This document shows, piece by piece, positions 25,001 through 37,606 of a DNA stretch of 64,000 nucleotides. Both the position numbers and the translations under genes were made by a program. Every line of letters begins with the position of its first letter. Position 1 is the stretch's first letter. The notes beneath the pieces were generated by a model that was given only the letters and a program-made list of their open reading frames with translations, did not search any database and was not told the origin of the DNA. This DNA comes from Lepidodermella squamata. Its lineage: Eukaryota > Animalia > Gastrotricha. The stretch is from NCBI GenBank assembly GCA_047495785.1, contig JBLDXI010000042.1:3906001-3970000 (forward strand), read 5' to 3'.

Positions 25001-26723
25001 TCCTCTTGAAACCGCTCGCAGGCATTCCGCCGTTTCAGTAGGCCGCTAAACAAATAATTGCGGGCGCTAGTTGCTATGCGCACGCGGCACCTTTCAAGTC
25101 GAGCCACGCCGGCGCGCCTTCAATGAATTCCGGAACCGGCGCCAGAATATCGGCAAAAAACACCAAGATAAAAGGCCCTCGCCGCCCTCAAATGCCCTCG
25201 TTCAGCCAATAAAAACCGCAATCCGAGTGCAAAAATTCCACCTTAATATTTGAAAATTTTGATAAAAATCGACGCAATTAATTATAAATGTCGGCTTCGG
25301 TGTCGGTGTCAAAGTGGCAACGGTTGTCGGGAGTGAAGAGGCAACTAATGAATAATCAGGCGCGCACACACGGCTAATTGGAAACACGATGACCCACTCG
25401 CGCTAAAAACCGTTATTACAGCGATTACAATTATTAGTTATTAGGTGCCGCGCGCGCGCGTACAGCAAAACCGAACAAGATCAAAGAGCGCGCGCACTTT
25501 CAAACGAACCGCGCGCTGTGCTGCAAGGCACAATAAAACAGGCACCTTCAATAGTACACACACTACACGGTGCTTAATTGCACGCCTCCGAACAAACAAC
25601 AAACGACGAGGTGGGCGCGCCGACAAAGGGCTGCAAAAAGATACCGCTTACAGCTGACTAGATACCGACTAGAGATAACCACGTGCCAAGAAAATCCTAA
25701 TAAAATCCTCCTTAATACAAATAAATACAAATATCACCAAACGCGGAGAGAAGTAAATGTAAATTGAGTAAAAATAATCTTTAAAAAATCAATTAAAAAT
25801 GCAATCAAATTATGAGAAATTTTAATTTTAAACTGGAAAGTTTTGAATTTTGAAAAACTCCAAAAATGTAAAATAAAATCTAGCAAAAATCAATTTCAAA
25901 TTTTATAATTTTTTCTAAAAATCAGAAAAAAATTATTTCTAATTAAAATAAAAACTCACATGCTACTATCCGTTAGCGACGCTTGAAATTCGGCATCAGT
26001 CGCAGAAGATAGACTTTGACTTTCGCTGTCGTACGTCGAAACCGCCGTGTAGTAAGAAATGTAGTAAGGATTAACGCCTTTCGGCTGTTTCGCCGAAGCC
26101 GGCGGCGGTTTTTGCACCGGTAATTCATTCGTCGAGGTGATAAACGACGACGACGGCGTCGCGTCCAGCCCGGTGCAGTCTTCCGGCCTCAGTTCTTTAT
26201 CTTCGTGCAGCGTCGGTAGAATCACGCCGCCTGACACGGCGTTTTGATCCGACTGCTCGCCGTTCAACTGCGAATCACTCGCGGCCGGGAAAAATTGTTG
26301 CAGATGCGTTAAATAAACGTCCGATTTCAAAAATTGCTGGTACAACGAGCGTTTCAGCAGCGATTTAACTTCATCCTGCGCGCGTTCGACCGACGCCGCC
26401 CATGACGTTAAATCATTTTGAGCCGTAATTTGCGTTTGCAGCAACTTTCGAGTGTCGTCCGATAGCGGCACGAAGCACTCGGAATTTGAGCGTAAATATT
26501 TTCGGTAGAGCGATTTTAAAAACATGCGCAGCCGTTCGACATCGGCGAGGCTTGATTTGCGCAGGCCAACACAGGCGAGGTAGAAATCAAGCGGGTGCGT
26601 AATGCCCTCGGCGGCTAAAAACGACCGGAACAGCTTCAAGCCTTCCGTGTCATTCAGTAAATTGTCAATATTCTCCGCCCATTGCAGGCAAGTGCCAGCG
26701 ATAACTTGAGACTCCGAAGTCAT
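22042..26723 (-). CDS. Axin: Axin (exons 26723-25960, 24319-24034, 23933-23775, 23136-22042)
   Basis: RGS domain (WAENIDNLLNDTEGLKLFRSFL..LDFYLACVG), VNPYY motif, GSK3-binding helix (PQEFARVLIAKLEKIQ), beta-catenin-binding helix (AQSILEDHMSRVW) and DIX domain (TTVAYKFSDEEIPY..VTLRQFK..YRFYFK..LPLYDGKIFARVERID). Confidence 0.95.
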
Positions 26724-28917
26724 CGCAGCACGAAACAAAATTTAAATAAAAACTAGGAATAAAAATGCCACCTTAAAAATTGAGATTAATGTGAGAAACT
26801 GTTTAAGAGGCTGTGGGACTCGCGTGGAGTGTTAGAAATTTGTATCAAAAAGAAAGCTGTAGAGAAAACACGGCGTGTCTTGACCGGTTCTCGAGTGGCG
26901 CTCGTTCAAACGCAAGAGCTAGTGCAAACATACACGTTTTGTGAGGACACAAACCGGCGGCGCGCGAAATGAAACGATATAGGCCGCGGCGCGCACATAT
27001 GTGAGTAGCGAGCTAACGCGCGCGCGGTTGGCTGGCCGGTTGGCCGGACGAGAGAGCGGTTTGATAGTGCGCGGTGCGTTGTGTGTGTGTGGCGAGTCGA
27101 CTGAACTCGCACGGCGGCATGTGGTCAAAGCGAACAACGGCGGCGCGCTCAAAGCGGAAGATCATGCGATTTGCGCGAGATCAAAGCCATCTAGGGCGGC
27201 TAGTTGTGTTGTTAGATTTAGCAGCAGCAGCAACAGCAAGAATATTATACATTTAAACACAGAAAAGACGGTGAACAGCGACAACGCGGTAATGCATTTA
27301 TTATAATGGTAAGCAGTACCAATTCACGCCGCCTTATTTTAGAATTCTCTCTCAACAAAACACACACTAAAACATCAAACACGTTGCCGCTCGTTGGGCC
27401 AAGACACCGTTTATTTTATTATTGCCCACTTGTAATTTTTAGCCGTCGTCGCGCGCGCCTTTTTCGCCACCCGAAAAAGTGCGAATAACATGAAACACGC
27501 CGACGGTTGTCGACGCGTCTCAAGCACACATAACCATAAAAATCCCACCGCCGGGCTTAATTAATGATGGCGGCGAAAAAAGAGCCTCAACTACAATCTA
27601 GGTCAAATGGCGGCGCGGTTGCTGCTAAATGGCACTAATAATGACTGTCATGAACGGCTCGTTAACAACGAATGAGCGCGTTTGATTGAGTTTTCAACGG
27701 AAAAATGAGAAGCAGAATTTTGCACAAAGGCACACTGATGAAAATTTCGAGGCATAACACAGATTCCAAAATGACTCCGAATATCGGACACTTCATGATC
27801 TTACATCATTGAATTTTCAGAAAAATGCCAACAGATTCCGATCAATTCGCGAGGAAATCGTTATTTTAGCAATTCAGGATGCAAACATGTGAAGTCAGAA
27901 AAAGATCTTCTGTGACAACTTGGGCAATACTCGAAATAATGCTGCTTAACTTAAGAAAAGCGCACGTAATTGAGCGGAGGTCAATGACAACAATCCACAA
28001 CATAATGAGCTAAAAAATCTCACCATTTTCGGACTAGGTCACCATATTGGCAATCCAAGATCACGAAAATACTGGCCAAGTTCCCAATCATGACCAAAGG
28101 TTCACACATCTGTAGCGGAGACTGAGAGTTACTGCAATCTGTTCAACTTAGCTCTCACATTTTTGGGACAGAATTTCTACCACTCAAAGCCCTGCGATTG
28201 CAGGAAACATAAATTAAAGCGGTGAACATTAGTGATAAATGATAAGGAATGTGATAGCTGGCGTTACTGGAGCCGAAGTAACGAGTGATTTGCCAGGGTT
28301 GCCTAATTTTAGCAGCTTATTAGTAGCTTACTAGTTTTGAGACAATCGGTCCGATTTTTGTGAAAATGTAATAACGTGAGACGATGAACTGTCCGATATT
28401 AGGAGCCATTCTTTCGGAATCTGTGTTCAGTGTAATGCCTCGAATCGGACCACCGGCAATCGGTTGGACTGAGATCGGCCCAACGTCGCTTGTTAAGATT
28501 AATTTAACGTTAGAAATGCATTTTCAAACCCTCAACGAAAGCTTCCGAGTTCCGAACAAAAAAATGTGTCGAATTTCGAAATTAGCAGCCCTTTGTCTAG
28601 TTCAAAGTCAATATTTCGACATAAATATTGATTTTGCTCAAAGTACAGGCGAGAGGATGTGATACCGAATAAAGATGAGTGAAACAGAACAACGAAGAAT
28701 ATTTAGCAGTAAAGTAATAGTTATTCCTCAGGACTATAACTAAAAATCCACCGAAATTAATATTGGATAAGGCTGATAAGGCCGGAAAAGGAAACAAAAA
28801 CTAGCCATAAGCATAAGCTAGCCCGTGTTGATGACTCTAATCGCCTAAGCAACACATTGTTTGGCTTTCCGCAAGGCATACGAGAAGGATGACTTCTTTG
28901 AACGAAAAATTGAATAA

Positions 28918-29460
28918 TCATTGCATAATCTTCGAAAGCAACTAGGCTGGCTAGACCTGAATGGTAAGCGCAATGTTCACCTGGCTACACTAATCGATGA
29001 AGCATCCGACGCCATAGCCCCACTATTCGTCAAAAACGAGCCCGGCCGACTTCGAAGTGCCCGGCTGACCTTCAAAGTTCCCAAATTCTGCATCGACTAC
29101 GGCAAAGCCAGTCTCAGTCACCGCGGGCCAGTGTTCTTCAACACCCTGCCAATCCACTTCCATTGCTCACAACATCGGCCAGTTGATATCAGCACCTACA
29201 ACGGCAACCTTCCAACCTGCGAATGTGGAATCAAGGCCTGCGCCACCGCCAACGACTGCAGACAGCTTGTTTATAAACATTTACTTTGTTGTTGATTATT
29301 TTTATACAAACGCATCTCAATTGTTGTTGACTTATAACGAAACGGAACAGACAACTCTAACGGCTCTCTGCACACTTTTTTTTTGATAATTGCACCTAAT
29401 TTTCCAAGTCGAGCTCTCAACAATGGGATCAATGCTCTTTAAATAAATAAATAAATAAAT
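28918..29460 (+). mobile_element. 5'-truncated non-LTR retrotransposon (CR1/L2-like ORF2 C-terminus with (TAAA)n tail)
   Basis: LGWLDL..R..H and YGKASLSHRGPVFFNTLP match the post-RT C-terminal motifs of CR1/L2-clade LINEs; the element ends in (TAAA)n at 29441-29460. Confidence 0.75.
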
Positions 29461-30849
29461 ATTAGGTACAAATGGTTGCATCAAAGGAAAATAATTTCTC
29501 CACGATGGGGTTAATACTGAAAATCAAGACAAACGTGTCAAAGGTATAACATTGTGAGCTTAAAAGATAAAAGAGGTTCTCATATTTAAGAAAGCAAGTG
29601 GCAATGTAGAGTAACGATAATTTTTGGCAAGAATGACATACCAGATACCAGGAAACACAAATATTGGTTTCTGGCCAAGAATGCAGAAACCGGTGAACTT
29701 CAGAAATACAACAACCAGCCAGTAACAAGTTGGAAAGAAAACAGATTCGATTTACAATATATTCAAACCGCGCTATGCAATGCAACGAAAACTACATACA
29801 CAAGACAAAACAGCAATCAGTCCCGAAAAGCGATAAGCAGTGGTGGCGGCGGCTCTTTGCTCTTTGAGCCTTTGAGCCGCGATGCCGCCGCCGCGCAGAA
29901 ATTCAAATTTCAAAAAATACAAATTTTGTTTATCTTTAAAAATCAATTTAAATCAATTAGCATATGAATTCAAGTTTTTAAAGGTCAAAACGAAAAAACA
30001 GCTTATTGATTTTTTTTACTTTCGGATTTTTTCTGATCTGATTTTCTGCGAACTTTTGAGCCTACTTTTCTTGTTGTCGATGTTAAGAAAACGTAAGGAC
30101 CGTAGGCTCGGCTCTTTAATACTGTCGGGCGGTAGCACATTTGCTGATTTTCTAGCTATCGCTCGTCGTCGGCGTTCGGCTTCTCGCTGTAATTAACAAA
30201 AACACTTGTTGAAATATGAAAGACTTGAATGACCAGAGGCATCCCTTGAGAGCCATGAAGACTTCATGACTACGAAATGACCTCTTTTCTTTTTTGTGTA
30301 ATACGTGCTTATTCTGCTGATTTATAGGTTCTCCTCTGATAAATGTAGTTTTCATTTGTTATATTACTGCTTTGCATTGAGGAGACAATAGATGGGGGAT
30401 TAGAAGTTGTTGCTACCCTGCGAGCAATTTCGGGAGCAATTGCGAAATTATGTAAGTATGTTAATAGGGGTAAAATTGTGGTCGAATTTTGACAGATTAT
30501 CGCGCCATTTATGCCCATTCTAAGGAGGAGATGGGGAAGGGAGAGAGGAACCTTGTACTGGAATTCATATCTGACGTATCTGCTCATTAACACTCCACGT
30601 TCTGAGCTATTTGCTGCATATGGTGAAATCATATGCCACTAGAAGCTGCAACCAACTTGAATTATTCGCAATCCACAACAATTTACTGGTTGCGTGGTTT
30701 GCGAAGTCCGAATCCTTTCAAGCCATTTGATTGCTCTCGTCTCTTGTCTAATGATCGATTTCCAAATTTATGCAAGTTTATGCTCGAAAAATTAATGCTT
30801 TCTCAATAATGAGTTCACCACCCTTTTCGTGTTTAACCTAGGCTTTAAT

Positions 30850-31692
30850 ATGCCTGATAAGAAAGTTGCCTCCGGCAACCCCGCTTTGGAGAAAGCGGAT
30901 GCCGAATATCGACAACAGATCGAATGGCAACGCCGCCTGGAGACTTACTGGAAAAACCGTGGCAGCTTGTATCCTCCATTCAGTGTTCAACACATGCCAC
31001 ACGAACGAGAACGTCTTGCAGCGCCTGGTATGTCCGCGGAAGATCGTCTGCTGCGCAAACAATGGCTGGAAGACCAACATCTCGCGTCATACGAGCCTGT
31101 AAACGTTCCCGAGTTGAAACCTCGCAACGTTTTCCGTCGAGCGCTTAAAGGCTTTTGGGATGTTGTATTCTATCCTCTCGGCCCTATTATCGTAATAATC
31201 AACTGCTTATTTTGAATGTTAATTACCTACTTACGGTTTTATATAGGGTCGCAATCGCGCAAAGAACTATCGATATTTTCTACCTAAGCTGGCCGCGACG
31301 GGTGCCGCTATTTACACCATATACTACGTGCTGAAGTACAATGCTAATGTTTGTTGACGTTTGATTAAAAATTATTTCTTAATCCTTAAAATTCGTAATA
31401 GACATGGGAGAGGAAACGAGGCGTTCGAGTAATGGTGACCAAGCCCACTCGCTTCCCGGATGAAGAGCAGGTTCAACGCGATCCCGCATCTTTCGGCGCA
31501 TGGGGCTTCACCCGCCGTGGCGCGCTTTTCGCCGATCCGGGCGCTCACTCGTCTGGATCCTATTATACCGACCGGTACCGCCCTGGCGACAAGGTCGATG
31601 CCATCAAGCCAGACCCGAAAATGTACCCGGGTTACTCGAATTTCGTCAACAACTTCCAGGAAAGCATCAGCAAGCTAGGCAAATATCAGTGA
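30850..31692 (+). CDS. NDUFB6: NADH dehydrogenase 1 beta subcomplex subunit 6 (B17), invertebrate type (exons 30850-31191, 31247-31348, 31402-31692)
   Basis: ERERL..MSAEDRLLRKQWLEDQHL..EP..RNVFRR motif, single TM helix and YYVLKYNANTWERKRG; GT-AG introns in frame. Confidence 0.85.
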
Positions 31693-32163
31693 TCATCAAT
31701 GGAGATTTACTTACTTTAAACCGAACTTATTGCGTTGTAAACCCTGTACGAATATTGTAAAAATTCACTTGAAACTGCCCGATTGCTGAAACCTAGCGGA
31801 ACCTGCGTACTATTTTTAGGTTGATGCTGAGCTTTCCTGCTCCTCGATAACTCGGATATTGAGTCACGCACTGTCAAAACTTGTTTAGCGCCCTCATCTT
31901 TCAAGAAAGAGAAATCTTGGTTTCGTTTAATAATAAAGAGAACGGAGTCCAATGAAAGTGCTGTGTTTTGCTTCCTGGATGCATTATGAGGAACTTGTCT
32001 TTTGAATACTTTTGTTGAATAGCCCAAACCTCAAATTATTGCAACTTGCTGAGCTGGCAGAACTTCAGTCCCGTGGGTACGTGGGTACAAAATTATCACC
32101 CCCCCCCCCCCAAAAAAAAATCCTGGCTACACCATTGAATTCATATTGATATTACGGTGAATT

Positions 32164-32450
32164 TTTTTTCATCCGACCAATGTCTTTTTTTTGACCAATG
32201 ACTAAAACCTGCCGACATGCTTTTTCATATTTTCAAAAGCGTAAGTAAAAAGTGACTACTCGGATCGCCATAAATCTTTCACCGTAAAATTCTGTCAGTC
32301 CAGGGGCCAAAATAGGGTGCATGAAAGGGGTATGCCCCTACGGAAAAATCGAACTCGTGGGAAATCGAGAAAATCGATATTTTCATGTCGGATGATTTTA
32401 GTCACAGTTTTAGTTGTCGGATGAAATAAGACATTGGTCGGATGAAAAAA
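32164..32450. mobile_element. MITE-like element with about 23-bp inverted repeats (TTTTTTCATCCGACCAATGTCTT / AAGACATTGGTCGGATGAAAAAA)
   Basis: Perfect inverted repeat about 290 bp apart, internal GTCGGATGA sub-repeats, no ORF. Confidence 0.6.
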
Positions 32451-33119
32451 GTCAAGTTACTATATCCAAATTCCGAACGAAATTCGAGCCTAACTCAACT
32501 TAACTGAAGTTTCCATCTCCATCCTCATCTACCCAGTGACACATTTTTGAAGGAAATCTATAAAAAAACTCTCGCTTTGGACAGAAGCAGTGTTGGGGAT
32601 TTGATTTTTCAGATTTTGATTTTCATGACTTTAGCCATTTTTGGCTGTGATTTGATTTCAGGGATTGATTTGAGGAAAGAATGAAGATGTGATTGACGCA
32701 GAAAAGCATGATTTCAGGGATTTCAAAATCAAATACGGAGTGAACATCGGGGAGAAAATAGCGACCCGTTTGCGCAAACTGCCGGGGTGATGGTCATGAG
32801 AAACTTCAAATTTCTTGAGTTTAAACCCATCTTGGCCAAAGAACATCTTATTTGACATTAAAAGAGACCTGATTCTTTACCGAATTTTGCCCATGCTCTT
32901 GTGAGAAGTGATGGAATGTGAGTAATTATGACCGATACCTAGATATAACGAGTCGAACCGCGTTTGTCCAAAAAGCAATTTGTCTCTATTCATGTTGGAT
33001 TAGAACACCTGGTTGAACAGGTAAGTCGACTTGATCCTGTTTCGGAAAAACAGATTTTGCCCAAGCTACGTAATTTCAATTTTTGGTTATTTGGTACCAT
33101 CGGATCCCGTACCATCGTG

Positions 33120-33594
33120 TACCGTAAAATCCATATTATAAGACAGAACCTAAATAGAGGGCAGGCCCGTTTATAAGGCTGAGGGTGAAGGTCGATTGTT
33201 TGAAATAAAGGGCAGACCCGGTTTAGAGGGCAGTGCACTTTGATCGGACACCAATGATCCACATGAAGCATGGAAGCGAGCTCCTAAAGGTTACCGGTTG
33301 CCCGTTGCGTCAGCGAATCCACCTTAACCCCGAGTGTCAACAAATGATCGCGATTCGTTTACACAACGCTGAGCGCGATGGGTCACTTTCTAGCAGCATG
33401 TGGTGGCTACGAAAAAATCGAAATTAAATTGGCGACCTTGATAAAAAGGGATTTTCCCATGCGCTACCGTGCGACGAGGACATATGAAAAAATATAGGGC
33501 AGACCCGAAATATAGGGCAGGTCTCGTTTTTAAGGCAGGGGTTCGGGTTCAATTGTTTCAAATATAGGGCAGTGCCGTCTAATTCTGATTTTAC
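33120..33594. mobile_element. Tc1/pogo-type MITE (TACCGTAAAATC...GATTTTAC) with subterminal AGGGCAG repeats
   Basis: TACCGTA-type left terminus, partially matching right terminus and repeated TAGAGGGCAG/TATAGGGCAG motifs near both ends. Confidence 0.6.
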
Positions 33595-33605
33595 ACAACG
33601 CTGTA

Positions 33606-34108
33606 ATTGAGCGTGTAAATTATTAATTTGGCCGCACGCCTGGAATGTAGTCGGCGTTCAGTTGAAGGTTGAACCAGCAAAATATCCATTTGAACTCTTT
33701 AAAGCGTTAAAACTGCCAATTCATTTTTGTTGAATAATGTCGAACCAATTCCAGCACTTGGACTAGCCCTTGAATTTGGACTTGGAAAAGAAACCGGACG
33801 TCAATATGAGAGACCAAAATTCCAAGAGAATTTTTCTTGGCTTGCAATGCTTCTATGCATAATGCTCGGGACTTTGTGACTGCGCACTGCGCTCATCCAT
33901 CAACTTTAACAATAGGCGGATTGTTTGCTCAAAGATCCGCTATGGATACTTTAGAAAAGGGCCTTGGTAACTGTTGGAAGATGTCAGTGAATATATTGAG
34001 CGTGTAAATTATTAATTTGGCCGCACGCCTGGAATGTAGTCGGCGTTCAGTTGAAGGTTGAACCAGCAAAATATCCATTTGAACTCTTTAAAGCGTTAAA
34101 ACTGCCAA
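33606..34108 (+). repeat. Identical 114-bp direct repeat (33606-33719 and 33995-34108) ending immediately before the lectin A start codon
   Basis: Base-by-base match read by eye from ATTGAGCGTGTAAA to AAAACTGCCAA. Confidence 0.9.
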
Positions 34109-36699
34109 ATGTCATTTGCTGCGTTGAGCTTCGCCCTTTTCATTCTTCACTGCTCCGCGCAGGAGCCTGAGCAGTATTGGCAAACTTATCCTGAGCTTAT
34201 CAACAAGTTGCCGGTGAACTTGGATCCAATCACCACTTTACCGGCGTCGACAACCGGCGAGTGTTTCATGTATTGTCTAATGAAGAATTGCAGCAGTGTC
34301 GCCTACAGCCTAGGCTACAAGTCTTGCCGGCTTTATCGGCATCAAAATCTGCCAAAACCACTCCCCGACCTTGCGTTGGACCCAACCGGAATGATACATC
34401 AAATGTATTTCAAGAAGATATTCTGTCCAGCTGAATGGGAATCTGATATTGCTAATCGCAAGTGCTACTACATGGACACAGCGGCTAAATTGCGGACAGA
34501 TGCTTGGCAGGTTTGTGAGGAGAGACTCACGTCCGAAATGGTTACTTTCAAAAGCCCTCAGCAAAGAGATCAACTGTACCGGGTAGGTTTTCAAATTTTG
34601 GCCTGAAATTAATGCACTTCCAATTTTTCCAAGATTCTGAACGACAAGTATGGCGATGTAACAAAGTGGTGGACAGGATATGCATTATTCGACAGCATGC
34701 TGTGGCCCAGGCCAATCGACGAGGTTCCCGGTTACAGAGCATTCCGCGGCGATTGCGGGGGAAACGACTTGGCTAATTTCTATGCCTCCATTGTTGAATG
34801 TGCCCAGAAATGTGATAGAAAGTATCGCGAGCGCTGCGTTGGATTCATCTACGAGCACAACAACTTGCGATGTTTCCTAAAATATAAAATGTGCGAAGTC
34901 AACAGCAACGGCAAGGCACTAAGTGATAACGTTTGGGCTTATGACAAAGTTCATTCGGGCCGTCCGATGACAACATTTTACAACCAGGATTACGGCGGAT
35001 ACGATGTTAAAGGCTACCCTGACGTTAAGAGCGAGGTGGAATGCCGAAAAAAGATGCGGGAATGGCCGCATGCAGTTCACGGGGCTTGGTTTCCTAACGG
35101 TCAATCTGGAAATACCTGTTGGCTTCACTACAGATCCACGGTCAATAAAGTAAATGCGGTGAACCCGTGTGTGACTTTCGATATCAGTGACATACGCAGA
35201 GGCTGGTGTCCCTACGGAATTCGATATCGAGATGTTTGTCTTGTGACTATGAGACCCCAGAATAGCTTTTACCCACATCAAAATTGGTGCCGCAGCATGG
35301 GCGGAAAATTTACGAGACCTGACGGTGGAAAACGCAAATCTAGCATATTATATGGCGTAAATTTGAACCAAATGTTTGTCGATTGGATCGAAGACGGCCA
35401 CGTCGGAACTTACACGACTCAGTTTGACGGCGTCATGGTTGACAAAAACGCAACTTATTACGGAGGCTTCTTTGGCTGGAATCCAAATGAGCCAAGCTCC
35501 AATGAATACTGCGCCACTGCTTCCTCTCGCAAAATGGATGCCTCGGGTACGTACATGAATATGAACAACGTTCCATGCTCATGGACTGGCGGAACAGGAA
35601 TTTGCGAGTTTCGTAAGCCTATTTCAGTTGTTTTATCCCCCGTAATTATGTTTGAATGCACTTAGCAATTACTCAATCGTACCCAAAAACTTGCCGTTTC
35701 ACTCCTCTTGGCCGAGAATACATGGGAACGATTTCAACAACAATTAGCGGCGCTTCATGCAAATCCTGGTCTCCTGGTAACTATTCTAGCGCCTGGCGAA
35801 ACTTCCCAGACTGGTATACATCGACTGCTTTTTGCCGAAGTCCTGATCGCAATGTGATGAATCAACCCTGGTGTTACCGTCAAGATACTGGAGCTGCTGA
35901 AGCATGCGATATTCCTATGTGCCGTGAGTATCACCACTTTCAATGTATTGTTTGACCAAGTTTGACCGATATCACCCTTTCAATAGCGGAATCTGATTGG
36001 GCTGATGGTCAAATCTACGACCTACCTGAGTCTCCCTACGCCGCAATAACTAAGACCGGCACTCAAGCAGACTCTTACCATTGGACTGTCGAGGCGATTT
36101 CACAGACGGCCAATGCAATTTGTCAGATCGATATGGAAGATTGTAAATTTCCAACATTTTTGCTTCAAATTGTCATTTCGTAACAATCTAGGGTGTCCCT
36201 ACTATTACCGTGGGAGTTGCTACAGGTTTTATATGATTCCCAACAATCACGATGAGGCCAGAGCAATTTGCAAACAAAACGGAGGGTATCTTGCAAGCAT
36301 CACCACGAAAGATGAACAATACTTTATAATGGGAATAACCCAGCGACTTGGAGGTACTTTTTTAGTGTGCCTATGTATTTTCGGCTGAATATTGTTTTCA
36401 CAAAGAACAATGGTTCAAACTGTTTGATTATCATATCGGTCTCTATTGGAACACAACAATTAATGGGTGGGCATGGGAGAGTGGCGAGCAATACGCAACA
36501 ACTAGCTGGATCTCCGGCTATCCTGGCGGGAACAGTGGCGCGGCATATTGTGGTTATCTTAATAACGCCGGAGACGGTTAGTTCTTGATTTTTTCTTCAC
36601 CTAACTTTCGAGACGATTCTAACATCTTCTTCAGGATTTTGGTCATCACTTGTTTGCTACTATAAAACGTGGTTCATTTGCGAGACGAAGCTGGCTTGA
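34109..36699 (+). CDS. Secreted mosaic protein A: signal peptide, PAN/apple, C-type lectin and kringle domains (exons 34109-34582, 34634-35612, 35666-35923, 35987-36142, 36192-36353, 36406-36576, 36635-36699)
   Basis: Hydrophobic N-terminus; PAN Cys patterns (CFMYC..C..C; GNDL..ECAQKC..CVGFIY..CFLK); CTL (CP..CY..AW..C; WNPNEPS..C..NNVPC..ICE); kringle (GREYMGTISTTISGASCKSW..FCRSPD..PWCY..CDIPMC). Confidence 0.85.
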
Positions 36700-37606
36700 C
36701 CTGATAAGGATGGAGAGATGGGTGGACGGTAGAAATTGTTGACCGCTTGATTTTCCGCTGTGAAACATTTTGAAGCGTGCGTTCGACAATGTGAATTATA
36801 AAACCTGACGGAAATCTGTCAAGAGAAATGGGACGCAACCCAAGCAGAGTTACAGCGTTTCTTCAAGATGTCAAATGAAAAAGGCGGTGTGTGAAATAAT
36901 AAAAGTGCACCAGCTGTTGCTCTTTTCAGATGAATTTAAATTATACTGTTTCTTGGGTTGCGTCTCAATTGGATTACCTAGCTACCTTACAATAATTTTT
37001 AGTTTGCCTTATTTCAGCAGCGTTGCAAAACTAGGAAATTGCGAAGACTCTAACGTCAGAAATGTCTGCACTAAAAGAAGATCAAGGGTTGCAAAATAAT
37101 TATTGGTAAAAGGAAAGTCAACAATTTTTTGGATATTCTGTCGCCTCGCCTGATGCGTTTTCGTTATTTCTATTAGGCGGAAGCTTTCGAAGTTGCGAAA
37201 TTTCAGCCACGCACTTTTCACTCAAAGGGTTACACCCAGTTGTATTCAAATTTCTGTTCGTTAAATTATTTATCAAGCGAGGAACGCTGCAAAATATTCA
37301 AGTCGATTTCCTGGAATGATTTCCTTATTAAGCAGAAGTTCGTCGTTCGCAACTGTTTACCATCTAACACGCTCGGCTTAATAAAAAGCGAAGTAAATTA
37401 TTCAGATACTGTTGCTTCCGCTCAAACCTTGTGCGTGATGTTGTTAGTGCGCTTAAATTCCGTCTCGCTCGGTGAATGCCGTTAACTATGCCATCGGTTG
37501 AAAATTGGCTTTACCTCCTAAATAAAAGATGACTAAGATGGTAAGAAGTCGGTATCGAAGAGACCAATTTTACTTGCAGTGTTTCATTTTCACAGCCTCA
37601 AATAGC

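Noticed and set aside
31716-33060. Minus-strand gene convergent with NDUFB6
   Set aside because: Coding-like fragments could not be joined into an open spliced frame and have no recognisable homology.
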